The position numbers and the translations under genes were made by a program. DNA of 53,200 nucleotides from Verrucomicrobiia bacterium (lineage in GTDB: Bacteria > Verrucomicrobiota > Verrucomicrobiia > Limisphaerales > UBA11358): NCBI GenBank assembly GCA_036511615.1, contig DATCBW010000116.1, positions 1 to 53,200 of the forward strand, read 5' to 3'. The first letter of the stretch is position 1, and each line of letters begins with the position of its first letter. Below are positions 42,448-51,063 of the stretch, piece by piece. Below the pieces are notes generated by a model. It was not told the origin of the DNA and made no database searches. It saw nothing but the letters and a program-made list of their open reading frames with translations.

Positions 42448-43343
42448 GGCTGGATTTTTTCCGCCGGAATGTTCAGCGGTTCGATGTGAATCAGCACGTC
42501 GCGAACGGACGGAATTTCCGCGCGAACCTTGTTTTTCACCTCGTGGCCGATGCGATGCGAATTGTCCACGGTCATCTGCGGGTCAACTTCAATGTGCATG
42601 TCCACGAAAAATTGATAGCCCATCTTGCGCACGAAACATTTTTCCACGCTGCCCACGCCGGGAATTTTTTCCGCCACGGCGCGGATTTGCTCGATGAGTT
42701 CGTGGTCGGGCGAGCGGTCCATCAGTTCGTTGAACGCCGGGCGCAGCAACCGCCAGCCGTTCCACGCGATGACGCACGCCGCCGCGAGTGCCGCCCAGTT
42801 GTCCGCCGTTTCGTAACCCTGGCCGCCGATGAGGGCGATGCTGATGCCGATGAACGCCGCGGCCGAGGTGATGGCGTCGCTGCGATGATGCCACGCGTCC
42901 GTTTCCACGGCGGAGCTGGAAACCGTCTCCGATTCGCGCAGCACAAAGCGGAACAGCATTTCCTTCGTGGCAATGACGATCACCAAAATAATCAACGTCC
43001 ACGGCGACGGCGCGACGCGCGGCGTGACGATTCCCGTCAGCGAATGAAACGCAATCATTCCCGCCGCCAGCAGCAGCATCGCGGAAACGGTGGCGGCGGC
43101 GAGCGGTTCGGCCTTGCCGTGGCCGTAGGGATGATCCTCGTCGGGCGGCGTCTCCGCGACGACGAGGCCGCGCCAGACGATGATGGAACTGAAGATGTCC
43201 GCCAGCGATTCCACCGCGTCCGCGATGAGCGCCTGCGAATGGCCGAGAATGCCCGCGAGAAATTTAACGGCAGTCAGGATGACGTTCGCGGCGAGGCCGA
43301 GGAACGTGGCGCGGAGACTGCGTTGCAGGCGGCTGGACGGCAC
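42444..43343 (-). CDS. cation diffusion facilitator (CDF) family metal efflux transporter
   Basis: It has six TMs with ..ALIADAVESLADI.. and ..HHRSDAITSAAAFIG.., plus a C-terminal cytoplasmic domain ..VDMHIEVDPQMTV..H.I. Confidence 0.8.
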   Translation of the reverse strand: MPSSRLQRSLRATFLGLAANVILTAVKFLAGILGHSQALIADAVESLADIFSSIIVWRGLVVAETPPDEDHPYGHGKAEPLAAATVSAMLLLAAGMIAFHSLTGIVTPRVAPSPWTLIILVIVIATKEMLFRFVLRESETVSSSAVETDAWHHRSDAITSAAAFIGISIALIGGQGYETADNWAALAAACVIAWNGWRLLRPAFNELMDRSPDHELIEQIRAVAEKIPGVGSVEKCFVRKMGYQFFVDMHIEVDPQMTVDNSHRIGHEVKNKVRAEIPSVRDVLIHIEPLNIPAEKIQP

Positions 43344-43354
43344 GCGAAATTATT

Positions 43355-43382
43355 AACCATGAAACCCGCGAAACACACGAAA
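43355..43382. repeat. solo half-copy of the cacgaaa-type arm seen at 36983-37010
   Basis: aaccatgaaacccgcgaaacacacgaaa resembles aaccacgaaatacacgaatcacacgaaa. No inverted partner lies nearby. Confidence 0.5.
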
Positions 43383-43449
43383 CAAATCAACCCGCCCTGG
43401 CCGTGCGAAAAAATTTGCCCGCGCACTTTCGCGCCGCTAACGTCCAAGT

Positions 43450-44286
43450 GTGTCCGTCAAATTCACCATCCTCGGCAGCGGCTCGTCCGGCAATTGTGCC
43501 TATGTCGAGACTGAAAATTGCCGCATTCTGATTGACGCCGGATTTTCTCCGCGCCAGATTCGCACGCGCCTTGCTTCAATTGGCCGCACGCCGGAAAACC
43601 TGACCGCCATTCTGATCACCCACGAGCACGGCGATCACATCGCCGGACTGCTCGGCATCGCCGATAAATTTCAAATTCCTGTTTTCTGCAATCGCGACAC
43701 GCAGGACGCGACCATCTGGACTTTCAAAAACAAATGGAGTAAAAAAACCAATCTCGCGCTCGAAACCGCCGACACGTTCAAATCAAAAATCAACTGGCAG
43801 TTGTTCACCACCGGCGCGAGCTTTGAGATCGCCGACGTGCTCGTCGAAACCTTTTCCATTCCGCACGACGCCCAAGACCCCGTCGGATTTCTGTTGCGCA
43901 CCGCGCGCGGCAACATCGGCTTCGCCACCGACCTCGGCCACGTCACCAGGCTCGTGCTCGACCGCATCCGCGCCGCGAACGTCCTCGTCCTCGAATCCAA
44001 CCACGACGTGAAGATGCTGCAGGATTGTCCGCGCCGCGCGTGGCCGCTCAAGCAGCGCATCCTCGGCCGCCACGGCCATCTCTCGAACGTGGCCGCCGCC
44101 GAAGCCGCCGCGCAAATCATGTCCGCCGGACTGCGCCACCTTTACCTCGCCCACTTGAGCCGCGAATGCAACAAGCCCGAACTCGCGCAACACGTCATGG
44201 CCGAGCAACTCCATCACATCGGCGCGACGCACGTCCGGCTCCAGCTCGCCGCGCAGGATGTGCCTTGTGAAACTTTGGAACTTTAA
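43450..44286 (+). CDS. MBL-fold metallo-hydrolase (YycJ/PhnP-like)
   Basis: It has a GTG start, the HEHGDH motif, ..ILGSGSSGN.. and ..GHLSN.. Confidence 0.75.
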   Translation: MSVKFTILGSGSSGNCAYVETENCRILIDAGFSPRQIRTRLASIGRTPENLTAILITHEHGDHIAGLLGIADKFQIPVFCNRDTQDATIWTFKNKWSKKTNLALETADTFKSKINWQLFTTGASFEIADVLVETFSIPHDAQDPVGFLLRTARGNIGFATDLGHVTRLVLDRIRAANVLVLESNHDVKMLQDCPRRAWPLKQRILGRHGHLSNVAAAEAAAQIMSAGLRHLYLAHLSRECNKPELAQHVMAEQLHHIGATHVRLQLAAQDVPCETLEL

Positions 44287-44290
44287 GAAA

Positions 44291-45703
44291 ATGAAAACAA
44301 TTCTAACAATTTTGGTTTATGCGATTTGCTTATTTGAAAATTTTCAATCGGCCTTTGCTCAAGGCTTCAACGATTCAGCCTACGACTTAATTCAACAAGA
44401 TCGTTTTGGCACTCAATTTCAAAACGGTGACACTAACGCTCCCCTGCTCGCTATTGATTGGTTCAACGGCCCACGCATTGATTATTTTTGCCAAGTAAGC
44501 CGCTCTGGAAATGTTTCCAGCGCGCGAAATGTGATCAACTGGGCAATTCAAGGCGGGCATTGGGCACAACTTGATCGAACCAACCTTGACTTGTTAATTG
44601 CGACAATTAACGCCCTGCCGCCACCGCCCAAAGTTTCACCGCCACAAGAACGCTGGCTGGTGGTTCGTGGAATCCGCAAGAATCAATGGTTTAAGAACAT
44701 TTATGACCGGGCTGATTTTCCCAAAGAGGTGGAAACGCTGTTTCAGATTACTGGCGCGTATTTGGAGTGGTTCATGCCCCGCCCAGAAGGTCATCAGATT
44801 TCGACCAGCTTGGACGCCAGCGAATTTTATGTGGCCCGGAACGCTCCCAAAGTGGTTTTGTTCGCGTCAACAAACGTCATCGTATTTGATTTGGACATGA
44901 ACAAAATTCTGGAAACCATCCCTCGGAGCGAGGTCTATGTTTTCCCAATGCAGGAGTGGGGCATGCAATCACGCACCTTGTCGCCGGATGGAAACATTCT
45001 GGTTGATTCTATCTATCAAAACGGACAGGGGGTTTATGCCTTTGATTTGAAGGCCAGAAAAATCTTGTGGACGAAGGAAGGCTTTCAAATGAACCACATC
45101 GTTGTGGGAGGCGACAAAGGGCAATTCCTTTTCATCGCCAACCGTCATTCAATTGAGCGTTGGGATTTGGCCTCCGGAAAAAGCCACGCGGTTCTGGCAA
45201 CAAACCTGCCGATGATCAATTGGACAATTATTTCGCAAGACGGAAAGATTTTCGCCGCAGGCTACGGCTCTGCCGATTATGCTGCAACCAATTCTGCGAC
45301 TGTTTGGCGGGCCGATGAAGACAAGCCTGCCGCTCAACTTGATGATATCGGCCATTCCTCCGGGTCACTTTCACCTGACGGACGGATTTTGGCTCTGACA
45401 GCGGGCGGCGGAATTGCATTAAGAGACTGGCAAAAAGGATTGAGCGAAAAGATTCCCATTCATTTTCCGTATGGATTATTTGAAGTTAGGGGAGTTTCTT
45501 GGTCGCCCGATGGGAAATATGTAGCCTTGTCCCTCAATGGCTCGCAGCCACTGATGGGAATTTATGAGACAACCACATGGAAACCGATGGCTATCTTGCC
45601 GCCAGATCAATCAGAGTTTATCCAAAACGGCGATTTAATCCAGTTCCGCAGTGGTGAAATGTATAATTTAGATGCTTCTTCGTTAACAGGTTTGGGAAAG
45701 TAA
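44291..45703 (+). CDS. secreted beta-propeller repeat protein (WD40-like / PD40-like repeats), AT-rich
   Basis: I prefer the ATG at 44291 (MKTILTILVYAICLFENFQSAFA, a signal peptide). It has repeated ..LSPDG.ILV.., ..ISQDGKIFAAG.., ..LSPDGRILALT.., ..WSPDGKYVALS.. It is much AT-richer than its neighbours. Confidence 0.6.
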   Translation: MKTILTILVYAICLFENFQSAFAQGFNDSAYDLIQQDRFGTQFQNGDTNAPLLAIDWFNGPRIDYFCQVSRSGNVSSARNVINWAIQGGHWAQLDRTNLDLLIATINALPPPPKVSPPQERWLVVRGIRKNQWFKNIYDRADFPKEVETLFQITGAYLEWFMPRPEGHQISTSLDASEFYVARNAPKVVLFASTNVIVFDLDMNKILETIPRSEVYVFPMQEWGMQSRTLSPDGNILVDSIYQNGQGVYAFDLKARKILWTKEGFQMNHIVVGGDKGQFLFIANRHSIERWDLASGKSHAVLATNLPMINWTIISQDGKIFAAGYGSADYAATNSATVWRADEDKPAAQLDDIGHSSGSLSPDGRILALTAGGGIALRDWQKGLSEKIPIHFPYGLFEVRGVSWSPDGKYVALSLNGSQPLMGIYETTTWKPMAILPPDQSEFIQNGDLIQFRSGEMYNLDASSLTGLGK

Positions 45704-45769
45704 ATTGAATTTAATTCTCCGCACATAATTTTCTTAACCTTGCCCAAAAAAATCAAACGCGCCGCGTCC

Positions 45770-45917
45770 AGCGCTGTAGGCGCGACATCTTTGTAGCCCC
45801 CGCGCCACCCAAAACCAAAGCTCCGTAGGAGCGGCATCTTCCGCCGCCGATTTCGCTCCTACGGAGCTTGATCCGTTTTTAATTTCAACCCTGCAAATAT
45901 GTCGCGCCCACGGCGCT
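45770..45917. repeat. 148-bp nested palindromic element
   Basis: The outer arms are agcgctgtaggcgcgacat (45770-45788) and atgtcgcgcccacggcgct (45899-45917), matching at 17 of 19. The inner arms are aagctccgtaggagcg (45818-45833) and cgctcctacggagctt (45854-45869), a perfect 16 bp. Confidence 0.85.
45818..45880 (+). terminator. possible intrinsic (bidirectional) terminator formed by the inner hairpin
   Basis: It has a 16-bp perfect stem and a 20-nt loop, followed by gatccgttttt. On the other strand the stem is followed by ctttggtttt. Confidence 0.4.
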
Positions 45918-46001
45918 AAAAAATTAACGCCAAGCTGGCAGATCGAGGCGCAGCCTCTTCCAGCTTGACGTCGCCCAGTTCGAAATAAAGAATGCGGCTG
46001 C

Positions 46002-47048
46002 ATGACACCTGAACAGTGGGCAATTTTCAAAAAAGCCGCGCGGCTCGAAAAGCTGGACAAAATTCCAATGGCGATGATCGTGGACAGCCCATGGATTCCC
46101 GGTTATCTCGGCATCAAACACATGGATTATTTTCTCGACCCGGAATTGTGGTTCCAGTCGAACAAAAAGATTAACGAGGAATTTCCCGACATCATCATGG
46201 TGCCGTCCTGGTGGATGGAATACGGCATGGCGGCGGAACCGTCCGCGCTCGGCTCGAAAATAAAATTCTGGGCGGACAACACGCCGAGCGAATACCACAC
46301 ACTTTATCACATCGAGGACATCGAGAAATTTCCCGAATACGAAGTGGAGAACGACGCGTTCATGGCGATGACGCTGCACCGGATGCGGATGCACCGGCAG
46401 CGCATTGCGGACCTTGGCGAAGTGCAGCCGTTCGTCACGTCGCGCGGACCGATGTGCACGGCGGGTTTCGTGCGCGGCACCACGGACCTGATGATTGACC
46501 TCGTGGAAAACCCCGAATGGGCGCACAAGCTCCTCGACCTCACCACGCGCCTGACGATTGACTGGCTCAAGGCCCAGGTCAAGGCGCTGGGCAATCAGGC
46601 CGAGGGCATTTTCATCTTGGATGACATCGTGGGCTTTGTGAACGAGGATCATTACAAGGAATTTTGTCATCCGTATCTCAAGCGCATCTGCGACGCGTTC
46701 CCGACAGACTGGGTGAAGCTGTATCACAATGACGCGGAAGTGCAGGCGTGCCTCGACCATCTGCCCGACTGCGGTTTCAACGTGCTGAACTGGGGCAAGC
46801 AAACCGACATTGCCGAGGTGAAAGACCGCGTGGGCGACCGTATGTGCCTGATGGGAAATGTGAATCCGCTCGAAGTCGGTGTGCGCGGCACGGTGGAAGA
46901 AGTGCGCGCGGCGACGCTGGACGTTTTGGAAAAAGGCGGCGACCGCGGAATGATTTTGTCCGTCGGCGGCGGCACGAGTCCGGGCATGCCGAAGCAAAAC
47001 ATTCTGGCGATGCTGAAGGCGTTGGAGGAATTTAACGGGAAGAAGTGA
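46002..47048 (+). CDS. uroporphyrinogen decarboxylase (URO-D) family methyltransferase (MtaA/CmuA-like)
   Basis: 348 aa with the URO-D/MtaA-like layout (..FVTSRGPMCTAGFVRG.., ..ILDDIVGFV.., ..LYHNDAEV.., ..MGNVNP.., ..ILSVGGG..). Confidence 0.7.
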   Translation: MTPEQWAIFKKAARLEKLDKIPMAMIVDSPWIPGYLGIKHMDYFLDPELWFQSNKKINEEFPDIIMVPSWWMEYGMAAEPSALGSKIKFWADNTPSEYHTLYHIEDIEKFPEYEVENDAFMAMTLHRMRMHRQRIADLGEVQPFVTSRGPMCTAGFVRGTTDLMIDLVENPEWAHKLLDLTTRLTIDWLKAQVKALGNQAEGIFILDDIVGFVNEDHYKEFCHPYLKRICDAFPTDWVKLYHNDAEVQACLDHLPDCGFNVLNWGKQTDIAEVKDRVGDRMCLMGNVNPLEVGVRGTVEEVRAATLDVLEKGGDRGMILSVGGGTSPGMPKQNILAMLKALEEFNGKK

Positions 47049-47087
47049 ACAGTTGAAAACTGTGGTCAAACCTAATTCAGCACCAAC

Positions 47088-47546
47088 ATGAAAACGCAAC
47101 GTGTAACTGTGGTTGATGGCCCACTGCCAGCCGGAATTTGGGAGCGCAAGGATATAGAGCCAAGTCATGCCACAGCGCCAGAGCACATGGCAGTTCGCGA
47201 TGAGTTAATGCAGCGTGAACCACTGTTTCATCGAGCCGCCTTTGGAACTTCTCGGCGAGATTTTGAAAAGTTGACCGCACCTGAATTTTGGGAAGTTGGC
47301 GCGTCTGGCCGGCGATTCAGCCGTGAATTTGTTTTAAACACATTGGAAGAGCGATACGCAAACCAAAAAGAAGATGTCTGGGAAGTCGGAGATTTTCTCT
47401 GCCAAGAAATCGCCACCGACAATTATTTGGTGACTTACACGTTGATTCAAGGTGAGCGAGTAACGCGGAGGGCAACAATTTGGCGTCGCACCTCAAGCGG
47501 CTGGCAGATTGTTTATCATCAAGGGACTGTCGTTGCACAAAATTGA
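47088..47546 (+). CDS. SnoaL/DUF4440-like (NTF2-fold) small protein
   Basis: 152 aa. The end ..TRRATIWRRTSSGWQIVYHQGT.. is typical of the DUF4440 C-terminus. It is AT-richer than its neighbours. Confidence 0.5.
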   Translation: MKTQRVTVVDGPLPAGIWERKDIEPSHATAPEHMAVRDELMQREPLFHRAAFGTSRRDFEKLTAPEFWEVGASGRRFSREFVLNTLEERYANQKEDVWEVGDFLCQEIATDNYLVTYTLIQGERVTRRATIWRRTSSGWQIVYHQGTVVAQN

Positions 47547-47576
47547 CAAACGATAAAAATGAGAATGAATTGCAAT

Positions 47577-47645
47577 CAACATTCAATGCTTTGTTCGCCA
47601 CGCGTTCATTGGATGTTCAATGTTGAATGTTGGTTGTTGGATGTC
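47577..47645. repeat. short IR plus clustered TGRWTGT-type repeats upstream of the corrinoid protein gene
   Basis: caacattcaa (47577-47586) pairs with ttgaatgttg (47623-47632). The run ttggatgttcaatgttgaatgttggttgttggatgt covers 47609-47645. Confidence 0.6.
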
Positions 47646-47667
47646 TCCCAATTTTTAATTTTTTCCC

Positions 47668-48645
47668 ATGCCTGATTACGCGTTCATGAACCAGTGCCTT
47701 TACGAAGGCAAAGCCAAAGAAGTCGGCGAGATGACCCAAACCGCGCTGGACGAAGGCCGGCCAGTGCAGGAGATCTTGTCCGAGGGACTCATCGCGGGCA
47801 TGAGCGTCGTCGGCGAAGATTTCAAATACAACATCCTTTACGTTCCCGAAGTGCTCATCGCCGCGCGGGCAATGAAGGCGGGCATGGCGGTTTTGAAACC
47901 GCTGCTCGCCTCCAAGGATTCCGTGGTGCAACCCGCCGGGGTTCTGCTGATGGGCACGGTGCGCGGCGACTTGCACGACATCGGCAAAAATCTCGTCGGC
48001 ATGATGGCCGAAGGCGCGGGCTTTACGGTCATTGACATCGGCGTGGACCAGAGCATTGAAAAATTTCTTGCCGCCACCGAACTGCACAAGCCCGACATCA
48101 TCGGCATGAGCGCACTGCTTACGACCACGATGACCTATATGAAAACCGTCGTGGACGGCTACAAGGAACGCGGGATGCCGCAGAAATTCGCCATCGGCGG
48201 CGCGCCCATCAGCCAGTCGTTCGCGAACGAAATCGGCGCCGACGGTTACGGCGCGGACGCGTCGAGCGCGGTGGATTTGTTTCTTTATTTTGTCGGCAAA
48301 GGTCCGCCGCCCAAGGCCAAATCCAAAAAAGAGGCCATTGACGAAGTGAAGGCGCAACGCGAGGAATCCCGCGCACAGCGCGATCCAAACGCGAAGTCAA
48401 AATTTCAAATTCTCTACTGGCAGGACATCCCCTCCGAGATTAAAGCGTGGGACGATTTCGACGAGGTGAAATTGAGCCTGCCGGAGAAATTTACCGTGAA
48501 GATTGATGCCTCCGCGCAAAAGCAGGGGCTGATTTCGCAGGACGCCTATTCCGCGCACTTCCGCTGGGGCGACGCCGTGGAACGCGCCGGTTCGCCACGC
48601 GAGGTGGCCGAGGCCGTGAGCAAAGAGCTTGAAGCGGCAGGATGA
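47668..48645 (+). CDS. cobalamin (B12)-binding corrinoid protein with an extra C-terminal domain
   Basis: It has a B12-binding cap plus Rossmann domain with DxHxxG (GDLHDIGKN) and ..MSALLTTT.., ..IGGAP.. The final about 100 aa (..KFQILYWQDIPSEIKAWDDF..) resembles the virulence-factor-like domain seen in some methyltransferase systems, from memory. Confidence 0.75.
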   Translation: MPDYAFMNQCLYEGKAKEVGEMTQTALDEGRPVQEILSEGLIAGMSVVGEDFKYNILYVPEVLIAARAMKAGMAVLKPLLASKDSVVQPAGVLLMGTVRGDLHDIGKNLVGMMAEGAGFTVIDIGVDQSIEKFLAATELHKPDIIGMSALLTTTMTYMKTVVDGYKERGMPQKFAIGGAPISQSFANEIGADGYGADASSAVDLFLYFVGKGPPPKAKSKKEAIDEVKAQREESRAQRDPNAKSKFQILYWQDIPSEIKAWDDFDEVKLSLPEKFTVKIDASAQKQGLISQDAYSAHFRWGDAVERAGSPREVAEAVSKELEAAG

Positions 48646-48660
48646 AGGCCACCGATTTTG

Positions 48661-48751
48661 AACCGCTAATCCGCGCTAATTTTCTCTAATCGGAAAAGCA
48701 GTTGCCGATGCGAATGTTTTTATCAGCGAAGATTAGCGGAGATTAGCGGTT
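48661..48751. repeat. 91-bp palindromic element
   Basis: aaccgctaatccgcgctaat (48661-48680) pairs with attagcggagattagcggtt (48732-48751), matching at 18 of 20. Confidence 0.8.
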
Positions 48752-48777
48752 TAACTTTGAGGCTTGGAAAATTTTAC

Positions 48778-49611
48778 ATGAAACAATACGCCACCATCAC
48801 CGTGATTGGCCGCGACAAGACCGGCGTGATCGCCCGCGTCACCAATTTTCTTTTCGAGCAGCACGCGAACATCGAGGCGCTTGAAGAACAGGTCACGCGC
48901 GGGCAGTTCAGCATGACGTTGCAGGCGTCGTGGGCAAAAAAAAACTTTGATTCCGCGAAGGTTCGGGCCGGCCTGAAAAAGCTCGCGGGGCAGCTCGGCA
49001 TGGAGATCAAAGTCCGCTTCACCGAACCCGGCCGCCGCCAGCGTTTCGCGATTTTTGTGACCAAGGAACCGCGTTGTTTCGAGACCATCGCGCAGGCCGT
49101 CGCCAAAAGATCACTCGTAGCCGACCCCGCGCTCGTCATCGGCAACCACGCCGGCTTCGAGCCGCGCGCCAGAAAATTTCGACTGCCGTTTGTCTGCGTG
49201 CCGTGGGAAGACCGCGCCGGCGCCGAGCTGCGGGCGCTGGAACTTCTCGACGATCACCAGGTTGATTTCGTCGTGCTGGCGCGGTTCATGAAAATCCTTT
49301 CGCCGAACTTCGTGTGGCGCTACAAAAACAAGATCATCAACATCCATCCGTCGCTGCTGCCGAGTTTTCCCGGACCGCAGGCGTATGAGCATGGTGTGAA
49401 GATCGCCGGCTGCACCGCGCACTTCGTCAATATGCACCTCGACGACGGACCCATCATCGCGCAGGGCAGCTTCCACATCCGTCCGGGCATGACGCTCCCG
49501 GAAATCATCGCCACCGGACAAAAACTCGAGGCGCAAGTTTTGCTCAAGGCCGTGAAGCGCTATCTCTCCAAAAGACTCGATGTTTATTGGGGAACGGTGA
49601 ATGAGGTTTGA
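48778..49611 (+). CDS. purU: formyltetrahydrofolate deformylase
   Basis: It has an N-terminal ACT domain (ITVIGRDKTGVIARVTNFL) and a formyl-transferase domain (..NIHPSLLPSFPG.., ..GCTAHFV..DDGPII). I prefer the ATG at 48778. Confidence 0.8.
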   Translation: MKQYATITVIGRDKTGVIARVTNFLFEQHANIEALEEQVTRGQFSMTLQASWAKKNFDSAKVRAGLKKLAGQLGMEIKVRFTEPGRRQRFAIFVTKEPRCFETIAQAVAKRSLVADPALVIGNHAGFEPRARKFRLPFVCVPWEDRAGAELRALELLDDHQVDFVVLARFMKILSPNFVWRYKNKIINIHPSLLPSFPGPQAYEHGVKIAGCTAHFVNMHLDDGPIIAQGSFHIRPGMTLPEIIATGQKLEAQVLLKAVKRYLSKRLDVYWGTVNEV

Positions 49612-49616
49612 ATCGT

Positions 49617-49741
49617 CTTGGACTGCGGCGGGAAGTGAAGCGCCATGCCGCTTTCGTGCGGACTGATAATTTTTCGGATTGAGTTCAACCCCCTGCGCTC
49701 AAAAGCGGTGTCGCTGCTGCGCTCTGCCACCGCAGTCCAAG
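49617..49741. repeat. 125-bp palindromic element between convergent genes
   Basis: cttggactgcggcgg (49617-49631) pairs with ccaccgcagtccaag (49727-49741), matching at 14 of 15. It contains a unit (49699-49728, reverse orientation) resembling 36943-36975. Confidence 0.75.
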
Positions 49742-49746
49742 AATTT

Positions 49747-50655
49747 TCAACCCGCACGATTAAATTTTTCCACGACTTCGCGGATCGCCCGCGTGTGCTC
49801 CGGCGTGCTGCCGCAGCAGGAACCGATGATGTTCGCGCCGGATGAAATCGCATTCGGCACCCCCGCCGCCATCTCCGGCGGAAGCTGTTTGTAGACGGCC
49901 TTCAAGTTTTCCAACACGGGCAGGCCGGCGTTTGGCTGCACCATCACGGGCAGGTTGCAGCTTGCGCGGTATTGTTTGGCGACCATCGCCGCGCCGTTCA
50001 TGTCCATGCCCGTGCCGCAGTTCAGCGCGATGATGTGCGCGCCGCGTTCCTCGGCGAATTCCGCCGCGCGTTCCGGCGTCACGCCCATCATCGTTACATA
50101 AAAACTTTTGTCCTGCGAAAGATCGTAGGCGAGTGACGAGATAATGCACGGTGCGCCCGCCGACTTGGCCGCGTCAATCGCCACGCCGAGTTCTTCGAGC
50201 GATGTCTGCGTCTCAATGATGACCGCATCCACGCCGGCCTCGACGAGCGCGCGGGCTTGTTCCTCGTAGGCGGACTGTGCGGCGGAGGCGTGAAGATCGC
50301 CGTAGGGTTCGAGAATCGCGCCGAGTGGACCTAAATCTCCCAGCACAAAGCCTTCGCGTCCGTCGAAAGCCTCGCGCGCGATGCGTGCGCCGGCTTGGTT
50401 GATTTGATGCAAATCGTCAACGTGTCCGTGCCGTTTGAGCATCAGCCGGCTGCCGCCAAACGTGTTGGTGATCAGGCAATCCGCACCGGCTTGAACGTAG
50501 TTGCGCTGGATTTTCAGGACGCGTTCCGGGTGTGAGAGATTCCACGCCTCGCCGCAGTCGCCGTTGGCCAGTCCGGCGAGCATGAGCTGCGTGCCCATCG
50601 CGCCGTCACAGACGAGGCGGCGTTCGCGCAAAGTCTCCAGCAGGGATTTTTTCAT
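49747..50655 (-). CDS. homocysteine S-methyltransferase (Hcy-binding) domain protein, MetH N-terminal-module-like
   Basis: 302 aa. It reads ..LVCDGAMGTQL.., ..ITNTFG.. and has a C-terminal ..GSCCGSTPEH.. (zinc-binding Cys pair) typical of Pfam S-methyl_trans. Confidence 0.8.
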   Translation of the reverse strand: MKKSLLETLRERRLVCDGAMGTQLMLAGLANGDCGEAWNLSHPERVLKIQRNYVQAGADCLITNTFGGSRLMLKRHGHVDDLHQINQAGARIAREAFDGREGFVLGDLGPLGAILEPYGDLHASAAQSAYEEQARALVEAGVDAVIIETQTSLEELGVAIDAAKSAGAPCIISSLAYDLSQDKSFYVTMMGVTPERAAEFAEERGAHIIALNCGTGMDMNGAAMVAKQYRASCNLPVMVQPNAGLPVLENLKAVYKQLPPEMAAGVPNAISSGANIIGSCCGSTPEHTRAIREVVEKFNRAG

Positions 50656-50660
50656 AAAAG

Positions 50661-50987
50661 TCAGGCTGCTATCAAAATTTCCGTCTCCGTGATCTTCAAT
50701 TTCACGCCCGCAGCTTTCGCCGCCTCCTGAAGCGCCGCGTCCAGCATCACCACCGGGTCTTTGCCCACGGCAATCCGCCGCATCAAGCCCTCGCCTTTTT
50801 TGGTGCCGAAGGTGAGCGTGATTTTCAACCCCTTGCGCTTGCAGCCGACGCGCGTGCCATCGGGCAGCTTCGTGTTCATCGGCTTGAGAAAGGCGTCCAC
50901 ATAATGCGAGCCGATGCCGGATTTTTCCGCGAACGCGGGCGGCAGTTTTTCCCTCGCGTCGGGATTGATGTCACACAGCTTGGTCAT
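50661..50987 (-). CDS. hypothetical protein (108 aa)
   Basis: The ORF lies 5 nt upstream of the Hcy-domain gene on the same strand, with composition like its neighbours. I recognise no family. Confidence 0.45.
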   Translation of the reverse strand: MTKLCDINPDAREKLPPAFAEKSGIGSHYVDAFLKPMNTKLPDGTRVGCKRKGLKITLTFGTKKGEGLMRRIAVGKDPVVMLDAALQEAAKAAGVKLKITETEILIAA

Positions 50988-51063
50988 GTTGCGGTGGGCA
51001 ATTATTCATCAAACGGGTGAATCTGTCCACAACTGCGCAGGAAAACCGCCTGGAGAAATTCGC

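Noticed and set aside
45918-46001. Possible cobalamin riboswitch upstream of the MtaA-like gene
   Set aside because: Only a simple 8-bp stem (caagctgg / ccagcttg) is present. I could not find a B12-box-like consensus, and the region is too short for the full aptamer.
45924-48357. Minus-strand ORFs 45924..47186 (420 aa) and 47617..48357 (246 aa)
   Set aside because: They lie opposite the URO-D-like and B12-binding genes, which have clear family motifs. The antisense translations are His/Arg-rich low complexity and run through intergenic repeat elements.
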